This document shows, one piece after another, positions 15,778-27,827 of a DNA stretch of 47,404 nucleotides. The position numbers and the translations under genes are program-made. Origin of the DNA: Alphaproteobacteria bacterium (GTDB lineage Bacteria > Pseudomonadota > Alphaproteobacteria > Sphingomonadales > Govanellaceae); contig RFJA01000070.1 of assembly GCA_003695065.1 (NCBI GenBank), forward strand, positions 1-47,404, read 5' to 3'. Each line of letters begins with the position of its first letter. Within the stretch, counting starts at the first letter, position 1. A model generated the notes under the pieces. It made no database searches and was not told the origin of the DNA. It saw only the letters and a list, made by a program, of their open reading frames with translations.

Positions 15778-17666
15778 CAGACATCCACTCCGCGTTCCGG
15801 GGTCAGGGTGGGTTGTTCCGGCAATTTGTCAACCGGTGCCGCCGCGGAATTGGCGCGCATGGCCTTGAGCAAAACGTCGCGAGCGATCGGTGCTGCCGTC
15901 CTGGAACCGCTGCCACCATGTTCGACCACCACGGCCACAGCGTAGCGTGGGTCCTCGATGGGGCCATAGCCGACGAACAACGCATGGTCGCGCTCTTCCC
16001 AGGGTTTTTCCTCGTTCTTGCGCACGCCCGCTTCCCGTTCGGCCTTGGTGATGCGCCGGACTTGAGCGGTGCCGGTCTTGCCGGCCATGGCGTAGCCGTC
16101 ATCGGTGATCCGCGCGGCGTAGGCGGTTCCCCTGGGGTGGGTGGTGACCCGGGCCATCCCTTCGCGCACCACATCAAGCGCCGCACGGCTGATGTTCAGT
16201 GGAGCTGGCGCTTTGTCAATCGCTTCTCCGGAGCGCGGGGTGACAGTGAGAACAGGAGAGATGGCGTGCGCTCCGTTGGCGATGCGCGCGGTCATGACGG
16301 CGAGCTGGAGGGGCGTCGCCGTGATGTAGCCCTGACCGATGCCGGCGACCCAGGTCTCGCCGCGTTGCCAGCGTACTCCCTGGGTGGCGAGCTTCCAGCC
16401 GGGGCTGGGCACCAGCCCGCTGGCCACGGCAGGTATGGGCAGGTCGGGCGCTGACCCAAGGCCAAGCCGGCGCGCCATCTCGGCGATTCTGTCAATACCT
16501 ACCCTGTCCGCTATGTCGTAGAAGTAAATGTCACAGGAATGCTGGATCGCGTTGACCAGGTCGAGCACGCCATGTCCTTCTCTTTTCCAGCAGTGGAAGG
16601 TGTGGTTGCCGAGTTCCTTCTTGCCCCAGCAGGCAACCTTGTGATCGGGCTTGATCACGCCCGCCTCAAGCGCCGCCAGGGCCACCGCCATTTTGAAGGT
16701 CGATCCCGGCGGGTACTGCCCCGCCACCGCCTTGTTGATCAGCGGCTTGCGTTTGTCGGCCAGGAGGCTTTGCCATTTGGTGCGACTGATGCCCAGGTTG
16801 AAATCGTTGGGATCGAAGGCCGGTACCGAAACAAGCGCCAGGATTTCACCGGTCTTCACGTCGACCACCACAACCGATCCGCTTTCGCCCGCCAATCGGT
16901 CGGCGGCGTAGCGCTGCAGTTCGAAATCAATGGTGAGTTGTACCGTCGATCCCTGAACCGCGTTCTTGCGCTCCAGCTCCCGGATGACTCGCCCCACGGC
17001 ATTGACTTCCACCTTCATGTTGCCGGCCTGACCGCGTAACTGGCTGTCAAAGGTGCGTTCGATGCCATTGCGCCCGACCTTGAAGCCGGGAAGCTGCAGA
17101 AGCGGATCCCGTCCCACCTCGTCTTCGCCGGGCGCGCCCACATAGCCGATCAGGTGAGCAACCAGCGGCCCGTGGGGATAATAGCGGGTGCTGCCCACGT
17201 CCGGCTGGACTCCGGGCAGGTCGGGGCTGGCCAGATTGATCCTGGCGAAATCGGTCCAGCTCAGATTGGCCGCAACGGTGACCGGCAGGAAGGCGCGCTG
17301 GCGTTGAACCGCCCTGCGGATACGCTGATGATCGTCCCGGCTGAGCGGAATGATCCGGCTCAGGGCATCCAGCGTGTCATCCACGCTCCGGGTTTGTTCG
17401 GGTATCAGATAGGCGCGATAATCGGCACGGTTTGCCGCCAGGACTCGGCCAAAGCGGTCCACGATCAGGCCGCGCAGCGGCGCCAACAGGCGCACGCTGA
17501 TCCGGTTTTCCTCGGCCAGCATCTGGTAGCGATCGCTCTCGATCACCTGAAGATAATACATCCGTGCCACCAGGCCGGAGACCAGAAGCCCCTTGAAACC
17601 GGCCAGAATGGCGGCCCGTCGGGAGTAGACCTTGAAGCGATCTATGCGGCGGTCCTTGATCGGCAT
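15777..17666 (-). CDS. mrdA: Penicillin-binding protein 2 (elongasome transpeptidase)
   Basis: The 629-aa product has an N-terminal anchor, a PBP dimerisation domain and the transpeptidase motifs STFK (PPGSTFK), SCD-type and KTGTA. It sits in the mreBCD-mrdA-rodA order. Confidence 0.9.
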   Translation of the reverse strand: MPIKDRRIDRFKVYSRRAAILAGFKGLLVSGLVARMYYLQVIESDRYQMLAEENRISVRLLAPLRGLIVDRFGRVLAANRADYRAYLIPEQTRSVDDTLDALSRIIPLSRDDHQRIRRAVQRQRAFLPVTVAANLSWTDFARINLASPDLPGVQPDVGSTRYYPHGPLVAHLIGYVGAPGEDEVGRDPLLQLPGFKVGRNGIERTFDSQLRGQAGNMKVEVNAVGRVIRELERKNAVQGSTVQLTIDFELQRYAADRLAGESGSVVVVDVKTGEILALVSVPAFDPNDFNLGISRTKWQSLLADKRKPLINKAVAGQYPPGSTFKMAVALAALEAGVIKPDHKVACWGKKELGNHTFHCWKREGHGVLDLVNAIQHSCDIYFYDIADRVGIDRIAEMARRLGLGSAPDLPIPAVASGLVPSPGWKLATQGVRWQRGETWVAGIGQGYITATPLQLAVMTARIANGAHAISPVLTVTPRSGEAIDKAPAPLNISRAALDVVREGMARVTTHPRGTAYAARITDDGYAMAGKTGTAQVRRITKAEREAGVRKNEEKPWEERDHALFVGYGPIEDPRYAVAVVVEHGGSGSRTAAPIARDVLLKAMRANSAAAPVDKLPEQPTLTPERGVDV

Positions 17667-17678
17667 GGGAGGGCGACT

Positions 17679-18188
17679 CTAATCCAGAATTCGGCGTTGA
17701 AACTTTGCCATCAGGCGCGCCAACAGGGGATAAAGCGCGATGGTCAGCAGAGCCTGGAAAGCCACAGGAGTCGGATCGAACAGCCGATCCGCCTGGAAGG
17801 ATGCCAGGGCCCAGCTCATGAGTCCGAACACCGTTGCCACGATGACGAATCCCCACCAGCTTATCACAAACATGCGCCGGGCCAGAATGCGTCTCTGACT
17901 GATCACGAAGGCGCGCATCAGGATCAGGGTCAGCGGCATCAGCCCAAGGGGTCCGCCCGTCCACAGATCGTGCACCGTACCAAGCGCAAACAGCGCCAGT
18001 GACGGCATCAGGTCGGGCCGGTTGACGGTCCAGAAAAACGCGCTCATCAGCAACAGGTTGGGCATGACCTGGGCAAGGCCCGACAGTTCGTAGGGGACCA
18101 GTTCCAGAAGACTCCACACCAGGCACCAGGAAAAGGGTGTTGCCGACCGCAGAGTCTGGTCAATCTGTTCAAAGGTGGTCGGGGTCAT
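17679..18188 (-). CDS. mreD: Rod shape-determining protein MreD
   Basis: The 169-aa product is strongly hydrophobic with multiple membrane helices. The gene lies between mreC and mrdA and overlaps mreC by 4 nt. Confidence 0.75.
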   Translation of the reverse strand: MTPTTFEQIDQTLRSATPFSWCLVWSLLELVPYELSGLAQVMPNLLLMSAFFWTVNRPDLMPSLALFALGTVHDLWTGGPLGLMPLTLILMRAFVISQRRILARRMFVISWWGFVIVATVFGLMSWALASFQADRLFDPTPVAFQALLTIALYPLLARLMAKFQRRILD

Positions 18189-19048
18189 GGCGCGCCACCC
18201 TGGTCCTCTGCCGGCTGTTCGTAGGCGAGTATCCGCACGAAGTCGAGCCGATCAAAATCTGCTACCAGTCGGACCCGGTAGGGCGTGCGCCCGTCCCCCG
18301 CGAGCACCCGCCCCACCGCCATGTCAGGGGGAAATGTCCCGCCATGGCCGGTGGTCACCACCCAGTCACCGGCATTCAGGGTTACGCCCTCGGGCAGAAA
18401 CGTGATCACCGGATGCGGTCGGTTGTCTCCGGCCAGAATCGCATTGACGCCGGCGGGCAGAATCTTCACCGGGATGCGACTGTTCAGATCGTTGAGCAGC
18501 AGCACCCGTGCCGAATGACGGCCCACCGTGATCACCCGGCCGACCACGCCGTTGCGGTCGGCCACCGTATTGCCCTTGGCAACACCGTCGCGCCGGCCGG
18601 CGTTGATCAGCACGCTCTGGAAAAACCGCCCTCCCGACTGGCCGATCACGCGCGCTGCCGTGACCGGTGTTGCCTTGATATCTTTCAGTCCCAGCAGTGC
18701 GCGCAGTTGCTGGTTTTCCACCGCCAGGGTCTCAGCCGCCACCTGCCACGACCTGAGCCGTGCGTTCTCTTTGCGCAGGCGATCATTTTCGCGATAGACG
18801 AAGACCAGGTTTTCGCCCCAGGTCATGACCTTGTCCATGGCCTCTACCGGGCGGTTGACGAGGTCAAGAAAGGGTGCCGCCAGATCGGCCAGGACGGCGC
18901 GGCTGTCCTCCAGAAATCTGGGTTCCAGACGGCCGACGACCAGCATCGCAACGGCCAAGGTGATGAACAGGAAGAGAGAAAAGCGCGCTCCGAAACCCAG
19001 CAGCGTATCGGCCAGTCGTCCGTCCCTGCTTCTCGGTTTCCTCAACAC
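18185..19048 (-). CDS. mreC: Rod shape-determining protein MreC
   Basis: It has an N-terminal anchor, a coiled-coil (ENDRLRKENARLR...ENQQLRALL) and a beta-rich C-terminal domain (VITVGRHSARVLLLND..S..PV). It lies downstream of mreB. Confidence 0.85.
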   Translation of the reverse strand: MLRKPRSRDGRLADTLLGFGARFSLFLFITLAVAMLVVGRLEPRFLEDSRAVLADLAAPFLDLVNRPVEAMDKVMTWGENLVFVYRENDRLRKENARLRSWQVAAETLAVENQQLRALLGLKDIKATPVTAARVIGQSGGRFFQSVLINAGRRDGVAKGNTVADRNGVVGRVITVGRHSARVLLLNDLNSRIPVKILPAGVNAILAGDNRPHPVITFLPEGVTLNAGDWVVTTGHGGTFPPDMAVGRVLAGDGRTPYRVRLVADFDRLDFVRILAYEQPAEDQGGAP

Positions 19049-19080
19049 CCGCTTCCTTCAGACGGCCGGTGGTTCCGCCA

Positions 19081-20145
<1,065 letters not shown>

Positions 20146-20232
20146 TCATCCGCCTCGGGCGGAAGACCTCGGTTGGACCCAAACGCCCCGGTCTGGCAAG
20201 GGCGACCCGAAAACCGCCGATGTCGCTCCCGC

Positions 20233-21786
20233 TCATGCCATGAGCGACGCCGGCGCCGACTTTTCGCGCTTCACAAACAGCTTGTTCAGCGCATGGACAT
20301 AGGCTCGCGCCGAGGCCACCAGAGTATCGGTATCGGCCCCCTGACCGGTCACGGTCTTGCCGTCTTCTTCAAGACGCACCGTCACGCCGGCCTGGGCGTC
20401 GGTTCCGCCGGTGACCGCGTGAACCTGATAGAGTTGCAGATGGGCATTGTGTTCCACCAGCGCCCGAATGGCCTTGAATGTGGCATCCACGGGGCCATCG
20501 CCGGTGGCCTTGGTGGATTTGAGCTCGCCATCGATTTCAAGTTCCAGTTCCGCCGACTGGGGCCCCTTGGACCCGCACACAATCTGCAACGAGACAAACT
20601 TGATCCGGTCCTTGCCGCGCATGACCTCGTCATCGACGAGCGCCACGATATCCTCGTCATAGATCTGTTTTTTCTTGTCTGCCAGATCCTTGAAGCGCAC
20701 GAAGGCGTCCTGCAGCGCGTTCGGTCCCAGATCGTAGCCCAATTCTTTCAATTTTTCGTAAAAGGCGTGGCGGCCCGAATGTTTTCCCATGACCAGTGAC
20801 GAGGTCTTCAGCCCCACGGATTCGGGTGTCATGATTTCGTAGGTCTGGGCGTCCTTGAGCACGCCGTCCTGGTGAATACCCGACTCATGTGCAAAGGCAT
20901 TGGCTCCGACGATCGCCTTGTTCGCCTGAACCGCCAGGCCGGTGACGGTGGACACCAGGTGCGACGCCGGTGTCAGTTTCTCGGTCTTCACACCGGTGGT
21001 GTAGGGCAGGGCGTCGGCGCGGGTGCGCAGCGCCATGACGATTTCCTCAAGCGCGGCGTTGCCGGCGCGCTCTCCAATGCCGTTGATGGTGCACTCGATC
21101 TGGCGGGCACCGCCCAGAACGCCGGCGATGGAGTTGGCAACCGCCAGCCCCAGATCGTTATGGCAATGGGTGGACAGCACCGCCTTGTCGATGTTGGGTA
21201 CCCGGTTTATCAGCATTTCGAACAGCGCCCGATACTCTTCAGGGACCGTATAGCCCACGGTGTCGGGAATGTTGATGGTGGTGGCGCCGGCCTTGATGGC
21301 GGTCTCCACCGCCCGGCACAGAAAGTCATGCTCGCTGCGTGTGCCGTCCTCGGCCGACCATTCCACATCGTCGCACAGGTTGCGCGCGTGGCTGACGCTT
21401 TTCTCAATCGCTTCCAACACCACGTCGGGTTCCATCTGCAGCTTGACGCGCATATGCAATGGGCTTGTCGCAATGAAGGTGTGGATGCGCGGGCGCCTGG
21501 CGTGTGCGAGCGCCTCCCAGGCGCGGTCGATGTCCTTGACGCCGGCCCGGGCAAGACTGCAAACGGCGGCGTTCTTGGCCAGCCGCGCCACTTCGCGCAC
21601 CGCTTCGAAGTCGCCATTGGAGGCGATGGCGAAGCCGGCCTCGATCACGTCAACGCCCATGGCGTCCAGCATTTCGGCTACCCGGAGTTTTTCTTCCAGG
21701 TTCATGGTCGCGCCGGGCGACTGTTCACCGTCACGCAAGGTGGTGTCAAAAATGATAATGCGGTTCTGTTCGGTTCGCGGGTTCAT
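20233..21786 (-). CDS. leuA: 2-isopropylmalate synthase
   Basis: IIIFDTTLRDGEQSPG, HCHNDLGLAVANS and a C-terminal LeuA dimerisation/regulatory domain are present. The start could be ATG 21786 (MNPRTEQNR...) or TTG 21810, which is preceded by AAGGA. Confidence 0.9.
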   Translation of the reverse strand: MNPRTEQNRIIIFDTTLRDGEQSPGATMNLEEKLRVAEMLDAMGVDVIEAGFAIASNGDFEAVREVARLAKNAAVCSLARAGVKDIDRAWEALAHARRPRIHTFIATSPLHMRVKLQMEPDVVLEAIEKSVSHARNLCDDVEWSAEDGTRSEHDFLCRAVETAIKAGATTINIPDTVGYTVPEEYRALFEMLINRVPNIDKAVLSTHCHNDLGLAVANSIAGVLGGARQIECTINGIGERAGNAALEEIVMALRTRADALPYTTGVKTEKLTPASHLVSTVTGLAVQANKAIVGANAFAHESGIHQDGVLKDAQTYEIMTPESVGLKTSSLVMGKHSGRHAFYEKLKELGYDLGPNALQDAFVRFKDLADKKKQIYDEDIVALVDDEVMRGKDRIKFVSLQIVCGSKGPQSAELELEIDGELKSTKATGDGPVDATFKAIRALVEHNAHLQLYQVHAVTGGTDAQAGVTVRLEEDGKTVTGQGADTDTLVASARAYVHALNKLFVKREKSAPASLMA

Positions 21787-22230
21787 CTTTCTCAAATCCT
21801 GAATCTTCAATGCATCCTTCTGGCCAGTGTCTGACCGCTAGCTGGCGAAATCCCCCTGAAGCGCTTGCCAGGTGAAAAACTCATGCGCTCAGGGGCAGCT
21901 AAGTCGATGCAACCCACGAAGAAGAAGGGAAAGCCTGCACAGGCCAAGCGCCGCCACCTTCAACAGGCTGGCGTTGCGGGAGTCCGCTGCGATGGCATGG
22001 CCGGTCATGCTTTCAGGTCCATTCAATTACTGTTACTTCTACCGATGCGGTTACGGGAAACGTTACATTCCACTATACGCGTCTAACGGATTGTAGTTAA
22101 CAACTGTTGAACATTTCTTCAACGATTTATTGCGCCTGATCCACGCGCGGCCCGGAATTGTCACGCGACCTGGCCATTCCGCGTTTCGCGGGCCGAATTT
22201 CACGGGCGCGCGGGGAGGTGCGACGACGTG

Positions 22231-22259
22231 AAAAAAGGGGACCAGACGGCCCCCTTTTT
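22231..22259 (-). terminator. Bidirectional-looking intrinsic terminator after ilvC
   Basis: AAAAAA-GGGGACC-agac-GGCCCCC-TTTTT (one mismatch in the stem) lies 22 nt downstream of the ilvC stop. Confidence 0.65.
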
Positions 22260-22280
22260 CCGGTCCGGCATCAAGGTGCC

Positions 22281-23345
<1,065 letters not shown>

Positions 23346-23867
23346 CTACTGTTCAAGCCCGGTCTTGCCGCGCGACAGGGCGACTACCCCGGTTCGCGCC
23401 ACTTCTACCAGACCCAGCTCCTGCATCAAGTCGATAAAGGCGCTGATCTTGGTGGATTTGCCGGTCAATTCGAAAATGAACGAGGTGCTGGTGCTATCCA
23501 CCACCCGGGCCCGGAAAGCGTCGGCGAGCCGAAGGCTTTCGACCCGGGCCTCGCCAACCCCGGAGACCTTGATCAGCGCCAGTTCGCGTTCGACGGCGGG
23601 GCCTTCGAGGGTCAGGTCACCGACCACATGAACCGGCACCAGCCGTTCAAGTTGCGCCTTGATCTGCTCGATTACCATCTTGGTGCCCGATGTGACAATG
23701 GTGATGCGCGAAGTGGAATCATTGTCGGCGACGGCCGCCACGGTGAGGCTGTCGATGTTGTAGCCGCGCCCCGAAAACAGCCCGATCACGCGGGCCAGCA
23801 CGCCGGCCTCGTTATCGACAATGACCGAAATGGTGTGTTGGAAAATCTCTTCCCGTTGGTCAGACAT
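23346..23867 (-). CDS. ilvH: Acetolactate synthase small (regulatory) subunit
   Basis: MSDQREEIFQHTISVIVDNEAGVLARVIGLFSGRGYNIDSLTV is an ACT domain, followed by the AHAS small-subunit C-terminal domain. The ATG at 23867 was chosen because the ORF upstream of it is non-homologous. Confidence 0.9.
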   Translation of the reverse strand: MSDQREEIFQHTISVIVDNEAGVLARVIGLFSGRGYNIDSLTVAAVADNDSTSRITIVTSGTKMVIEQIKAQLERLVPVHVVGDLTLEGPAVERELALIKVSGVGEARVESLRLADAFRARVVDSTSTSFIFELTGKSTKISAFIDLMQELGLVEVARTGVVALSRGKTGLEQ

Positions 23868-23919
23868 GACTGCCCTCTGCGTTTCCTGAACTTGTGCGGG
23901 GGAAGGTCCGGACAGGCGC

Positions 23920-25677
23920 TTATACCAGCGCCTTGCCCGCTTCGGAAGTTTCTTCGCCCATATCTTCGGGGCCAAGCAGCATTTCGTTGTGCGCGGCACC
24001 AGACGGGACCATGGGGAAGCAGTTTTCCAGCTTCGCCACCTGACAGTCCACAATCACCGGCTTGTCGATTGCCATCATTTCCTTGATCACATCGTCGACC
24101 TCGTCGGGTCGGGTCGCCCGCAGGCCTGCGCCACCAAAGGCTTCGGCCAGGGCCACGAAGTCGGGCAGGGCCGCGGTGTAGCTTTCGGCGTAGCGGCTGC
24201 CGTAGCTCAGATCCTGCCACTGACGCACCATACCCATATACTGGTTGTTGAGGATGAACACCTTGACCGGCAGATGGTGTTGGACCGCGGTGGACATCTC
24301 CTGGATGTTCATCAGGATCGAGGCTTCCCCCGCGATATCAATCACCAGGTCATCCGGATGGGCGATCTGGGCACCGATTGCGGCCGGCAGACCGTAGCCC
24401 ATGGTGCCGAGCCCACCCGAGGTCAGCCAGTGGTTGGGCTGGTCGAAGCCGTAGAACTGGGCGGCCCACATCTGATGTTGGCCAACCTCGGTCGAAATAT
24501 AGGGGCGGCGGTCCTTGGTCAGCGCGTAGAGCCGCTGCAGGGCGTACTGGGGCATGATGACCTTGTCATCCGGCTTGTACTTCAGGCAGTCGCGTGCCCG
24601 CCATTCATCGATCTGTTTCCACCAGCGTTCGAGCGCCTTTTCGTCCGGCCGGTAGGCTTTTGCCTTCCAGACCTTGATAAGGTCTTCAAGCACATGGGCA
24701 GCGTCGCCCACGATGCCCAGATCCACACGGACATTCTTGTTGATGGACGACCGGTCGATGTCAATGTGGATTTTCTTCGATCCCGGTGAGAACGCGTCAA
24801 GCCGTCCGGTCACCCGGTCATCAAAGCGGGCGCCAACGCACAACATGACATCGCAGTCATGCATGGCGTTGTTGGCTTCGTAGGTCCCATGCATTCCCAG
24901 CATGCCGAGGAAATGCGGGTCGTGGGCCGGAACCGCTCCGAGCCCCATCAGCGTGCTGGTAACCGGATAGCCGGTCAGCCGCACCAGTTCGCGCAGCAAC
25001 TGGGAGGCCGCCGGACCGGCGTTGATGACGCCACCGCCCGAATAGATGATCGGCCGTTTGGCCTCGGCCAGCATTTCCGCGGCTTTTTTGATCAGGGCAA
25101 GGTCGCCCTTGACCTGGGGCTGGTAGCTGCGGTGCCGGACCTTGCCGGGGTTGCGGTAGACGCCCCTGGCCACCTGAATGTCTTTCGGCAGATCCACGAC
25201 CACTGGTCCCGGCCGGCCGTTGGTGGCGATGTAGAACGCTTCGTGCAGGACCCGGCCGAGGTCATCGGTGCTCTTGACCAGATAGTTGTGTTTGGTGCAG
25301 GGGCGGGTGATACCCACCGTGTCGGCCTCCTGAAAGGCGTCATTGCCGATCAGGTGGGTGGCGACCTGGCCGGTCAGGCAGACCACCGGGATGCTGTCCA
25401 TCAGGGCGTCGGTCAGGCCGGTGACCGCGTTGGTTGCACCGGGTCCCGAGGTAACAAGCGCCACGCCGGGCTTGCCGGTGGAGCGGGCATACCCTTCGGC
25501 GGCGTGAAGCGCCGCCTGTTCATGGCGCACCAGGATGTGGCGAATCCTGTTTTGCTGGAACAGCGCGTCATAGATGGGAAGCACGGCGCCGCCCGGATAC
25601 CCGAAGACGACGTCGACACCAAGGTCCTGCAGGGCCTTGATGACGATTTCCGCACCACTCATTTGTTCCGACGACAT
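23920..25677 (-). CDS. ilvI: Acetolactate synthase large (catalytic) subunit
   Basis: The 585-aa ThDP enzyme carries GAEIVIKAL..LGVD.VFGYPGGAVLPIYDAL and the ThDP-binding GLGTMGYGLPAAIGA ... NNQYMGMVRQWQ. Confidence 0.95.
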   Translation of the reverse strand: MSSEQMSGAEIVIKALQDLGVDVVFGYPGGAVLPIYDALFQQNRIRHILVRHEQAALHAAEGYARSTGKPGVALVTSGPGATNAVTGLTDALMDSIPVVCLTGQVATHLIGNDAFQEADTVGITRPCTKHNYLVKSTDDLGRVLHEAFYIATNGRPGPVVVDLPKDIQVARGVYRNPGKVRHRSYQPQVKGDLALIKKAAEMLAEAKRPIIYSGGGVINAGPAASQLLRELVRLTGYPVTSTLMGLGAVPAHDPHFLGMLGMHGTYEANNAMHDCDVMLCVGARFDDRVTGRLDAFSPGSKKIHIDIDRSSINKNVRVDLGIVGDAAHVLEDLIKVWKAKAYRPDEKALERWWKQIDEWRARDCLKYKPDDKVIMPQYALQRLYALTKDRRPYISTEVGQHQMWAAQFYGFDQPNHWLTSGGLGTMGYGLPAAIGAQIAHPDDLVIDIAGEASILMNIQEMSTAVQHHLPVKVFILNNQYMGMVRQWQDLSYGSRYAESYTAALPDFVALAEAFGGAGLRATRPDEVDDVIKEMMAIDKPVIVDCQVAKLENCFPMVPSGAAHNEMLLGPEDMGEETSEAGKALV

Positions 25678-25800
25678 TGTTCCATCCTTTCCTGTCCTGC
25701 GGGCGCTGTCGAACCCGCGCGCATATCCCGTACCACCGGGCTTTCCCAGGCGCGGGCGTGAGCGTCCATGTGTTCATCGCCAACCCCGCTGGGCGGGCGC

Positions 25801-25829
25801 AAGCTAGACAATAAAAATTACCGCGTCAA
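25801..25829 (-). promoter_or_regulatory. Candidate sigma70-type promoter of ilvIH
   Basis: The minus strand reads TTGACG - 17 nt - TAGCTT, about 125 nt upstream of the ilvI ATG and just downstream of the miaA stop. This is a hexamer match only. Confidence 0.25.
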
Positions 25830-25832
25830 CCC

Positions 25833-26768
25833 TCAATAATTAATAAATGGAAAAATTTTGGCAAATAATCTTTTCAAAAATTGCGCATCAGCCTGGACCC
25901 AGTCGGAAAACTGATTGCGGAACCAGGTATATTGGCGTTTGGCGTAGCGGCGTGTCACCGTCTGGGCCCGGACGATGGCAGCGTCTCGGTCCAGTTCGCC
26001 CCGCAGGTACCGGGTAAGTTCGGGCACGCCCAGTGCTTTCATGGCGGGCAGACCCGGGTCGAGGCCGAGCCGGTCGAGTGCCGCCACTTCGGCGAGCGCG
26101 CCCTGGTCGTCGATCATGGCGCGAAACCGGGCGTCCGCGCGGGCGTAGATCTCGTCGCGCGGCGGCATCAGCAGGGTCTTGATTAGTTCCAGCGAGGGGT
26201 CGGCGGCCAGCCCGCTGGCGTGGGCGTCGCGTTGCCAGTCGAGGAGCGAGCGCCCGGTCGCCCGTTTGACCTCAAGGGCGCGGGCGATGCGCTGCCGGTC
26301 GCCCGGGTTGAGCCGGTCCGCCATGGCCGGGTCTTCCCGGCGGAGCATTTCGTGGGGAATCGGCGGCGCTTCGGTCTCGACCAGGGTGCGAACCTCGGCC
26401 CGGATCGCCCCGGGGATCGGGGGGACTTCGGCGATCCCGTCTATGAGAGTCCGGAAATAAAGTCCGGTTCCGCCCACCACGATGGGCAGGCGGCCTTCGG
26501 CGATGGTCGCGGATATGGCGGCGCGCGCATGCGCTGCCCACTCGGCGGCGGAGATCGGGTCGGCGGCCTGGCGATATCCGTACAGCTTGTGTGGAGCGCG
26601 GGCTTCGTCCTCCGGCGCGGGGCGGGCGGTGATCACCCGCAACTCGGCGTACACCTGCATGCTGTCGGCGTTGATGACCGTACCGTTCGCCCGTTCGGCC
26701 AGCCACAGCGCCAGACCGGACTTGCCGCCTGCCGTGGGTCCGGCAATGAAAACCACTTTATTTTTCAT
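25833..26768 (-). CDS. miaA: tRNA dimethylallyltransferase
   Basis: MKNKVVFIAGPTAGGKSGLAL.LAE...INADSMQVY ... is the IPP-transferase P-loop family. The internal ATG at 26768 was chosen. Confidence 0.9.
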   Translation of the reverse strand: MKNKVVFIAGPTAGGKSGLALWLAERANGTVINADSMQVYAELRVITARPAPEDEARAPHKLYGYRQAADPISAAEWAAHARAAISATIAEGRLPIVVGGTGLYFRTLIDGIAEVPPIPGAIRAEVRTLVETEAPPIPHEMLRREDPAMADRLNPGDRQRIARALEVKRATGRSLLDWQRDAHASGLAADPSLELIKTLLMPPRDEIYARADARFRAMIDDQGALAEVAALDRLGLDPGLPAMKALGVPELTRYLRGELDRDAAIVRAQTVTRRYAKRQYTWFRNQFSDWVQADAQFLKRLFAKIFPFINY

Positions 26769-26871
26769 GCCATATTCTTTATCGAGCACCTGACCCCGCC
26801 TTCGAGGGATCATTTATGGGCGATTGCTTCGCCACCGGCAAGCTGGACCACAGGAACGGAGTCGTTATCTC

Positions 26872-27771
26872 ATGGACCTTGTTGCAACGCTGATCGCCAA
26901 TCCCGCCCGCCCGGTCGTCGATGATGGACTGGTGGCGCGCGGCGTTGACGCGCTGCGGTCCGCGGGTGCCGGCGGCGTGGATAGCCGGCGATTGGCCGAA
27001 GGCGTGGCGGCCGATATCTATTTTGACGGCATGGATCCCGGGGCTGCGGCCGAGGTGCTGGGGGTGGCACTTGATGGCGTGGCCGTGGATATTGCGGTGT
27101 TGCCCCGGCAGGCACGGCGCAAGAAGCTGCTGGTGGCCGACATGGATTCCACCATCATTACGGTGGAGTGTATCGACGAAATAGCCGATTTCGCCGGTTT
27201 CAAGGACCAGGTGGCCAGAATCACCGAGGCGGCGATGCGTGGTGAGCTTGATTTCGTGGCCGCGCTCAAGGAACGCGCGGCCATGCTGGAAGGGCTGCCG
27301 GAAGAGGTTCTGGAGCAGGTGTTTGCCGAGCGGGTACATCTGACCCCGGGCGCCCGCGCCCTGATCCGGACCATGAATCAGGCGGGCGCCCTGACCGCCC
27401 TGGTCTCCGGCGGTTTCACGTTCTTCACCGAGCGGGTGTCGGCAGAAACCGGGTTTCAGGTCAATCGCGCCAACCGTCTGGAAATCCGCGATGGTCGGCT
27501 GACCGGCCGCGTGATCGAGCCCATCGTGGACTCTTCCACCAAGCTTGCGACTCTCCATGAATTGAGGGCGGAGCGGGGCCTTGAGCCTGAGGAAACCCTG
27601 GCGATCGGTGATGGCGCCAATGATATCCCGATGATCGAGGCGGCTGGTCTCGGCATCGCCTATCATGCCAAGCCCAAGGCGGCGGCTGCCGCCGACGTGG
27701 CGATCCGTCACGGCGACCTGACAGCGGTGCTCTACCTTCAGGGTTTCACGGCCGCGGAAATCGTCCAATAA
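26872..27771 (+). CDS. serB: Phosphoserine phosphatase (HAD family)
   Basis: The HAD motif I LLVADMDSTII, motif II S/T, and GDGANDIPMIEAAGLGIAYHAKP are present. The ATG at 26872 follows AGGAACGGA. Confidence 0.85.
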   Translation: MDLVATLIANPARPVVDDGLVARGVDALRSAGAGGVDSRRLAEGVAADIYFDGMDPGAAAEVLGVALDGVAVDIAVLPRQARRKKLLVADMDSTIITVECIDEIADFAGFKDQVARITEAAMRGELDFVAALKERAAMLEGLPEEVLEQVFAERVHLTPGARALIRTMNQAGALTALVSGGFTFFTERVSAETGFQVNRANRLEIRDGRLTGRVIEPIVDSSTKLATLHELRAERGLEPEETLAIGDGANDIPMIEAAGLGIAYHAKPKAAAAADVAIRHGDLTAVLYLQGFTAAEIVQ

Positions 27772-27774
27772 CGT

Positions 27775-27804
27775 GAAACCGGCCCCTGGGCCGGGGCCGG
27801 TTTC
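27775..27804. terminator. Perfect 12-bp inverted repeat between convergent serB and degP
   Basis: The sequence is GAAACCGGCCCC-tgggcc-GGGGCCGGTTTC. Confidence 0.6.
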
Positions 27805-27827
27805 TGTCAAGGGCCGCAGCTTACCGA

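Noticed and set aside
25678-25800. Ile/Val/Leu leader peptide upstream of ilvI
   Set aside because: The only small ORF (MNTWTLTPAPGKARW...) is not enriched in branched-chain codons and runs into the ilvI start region.
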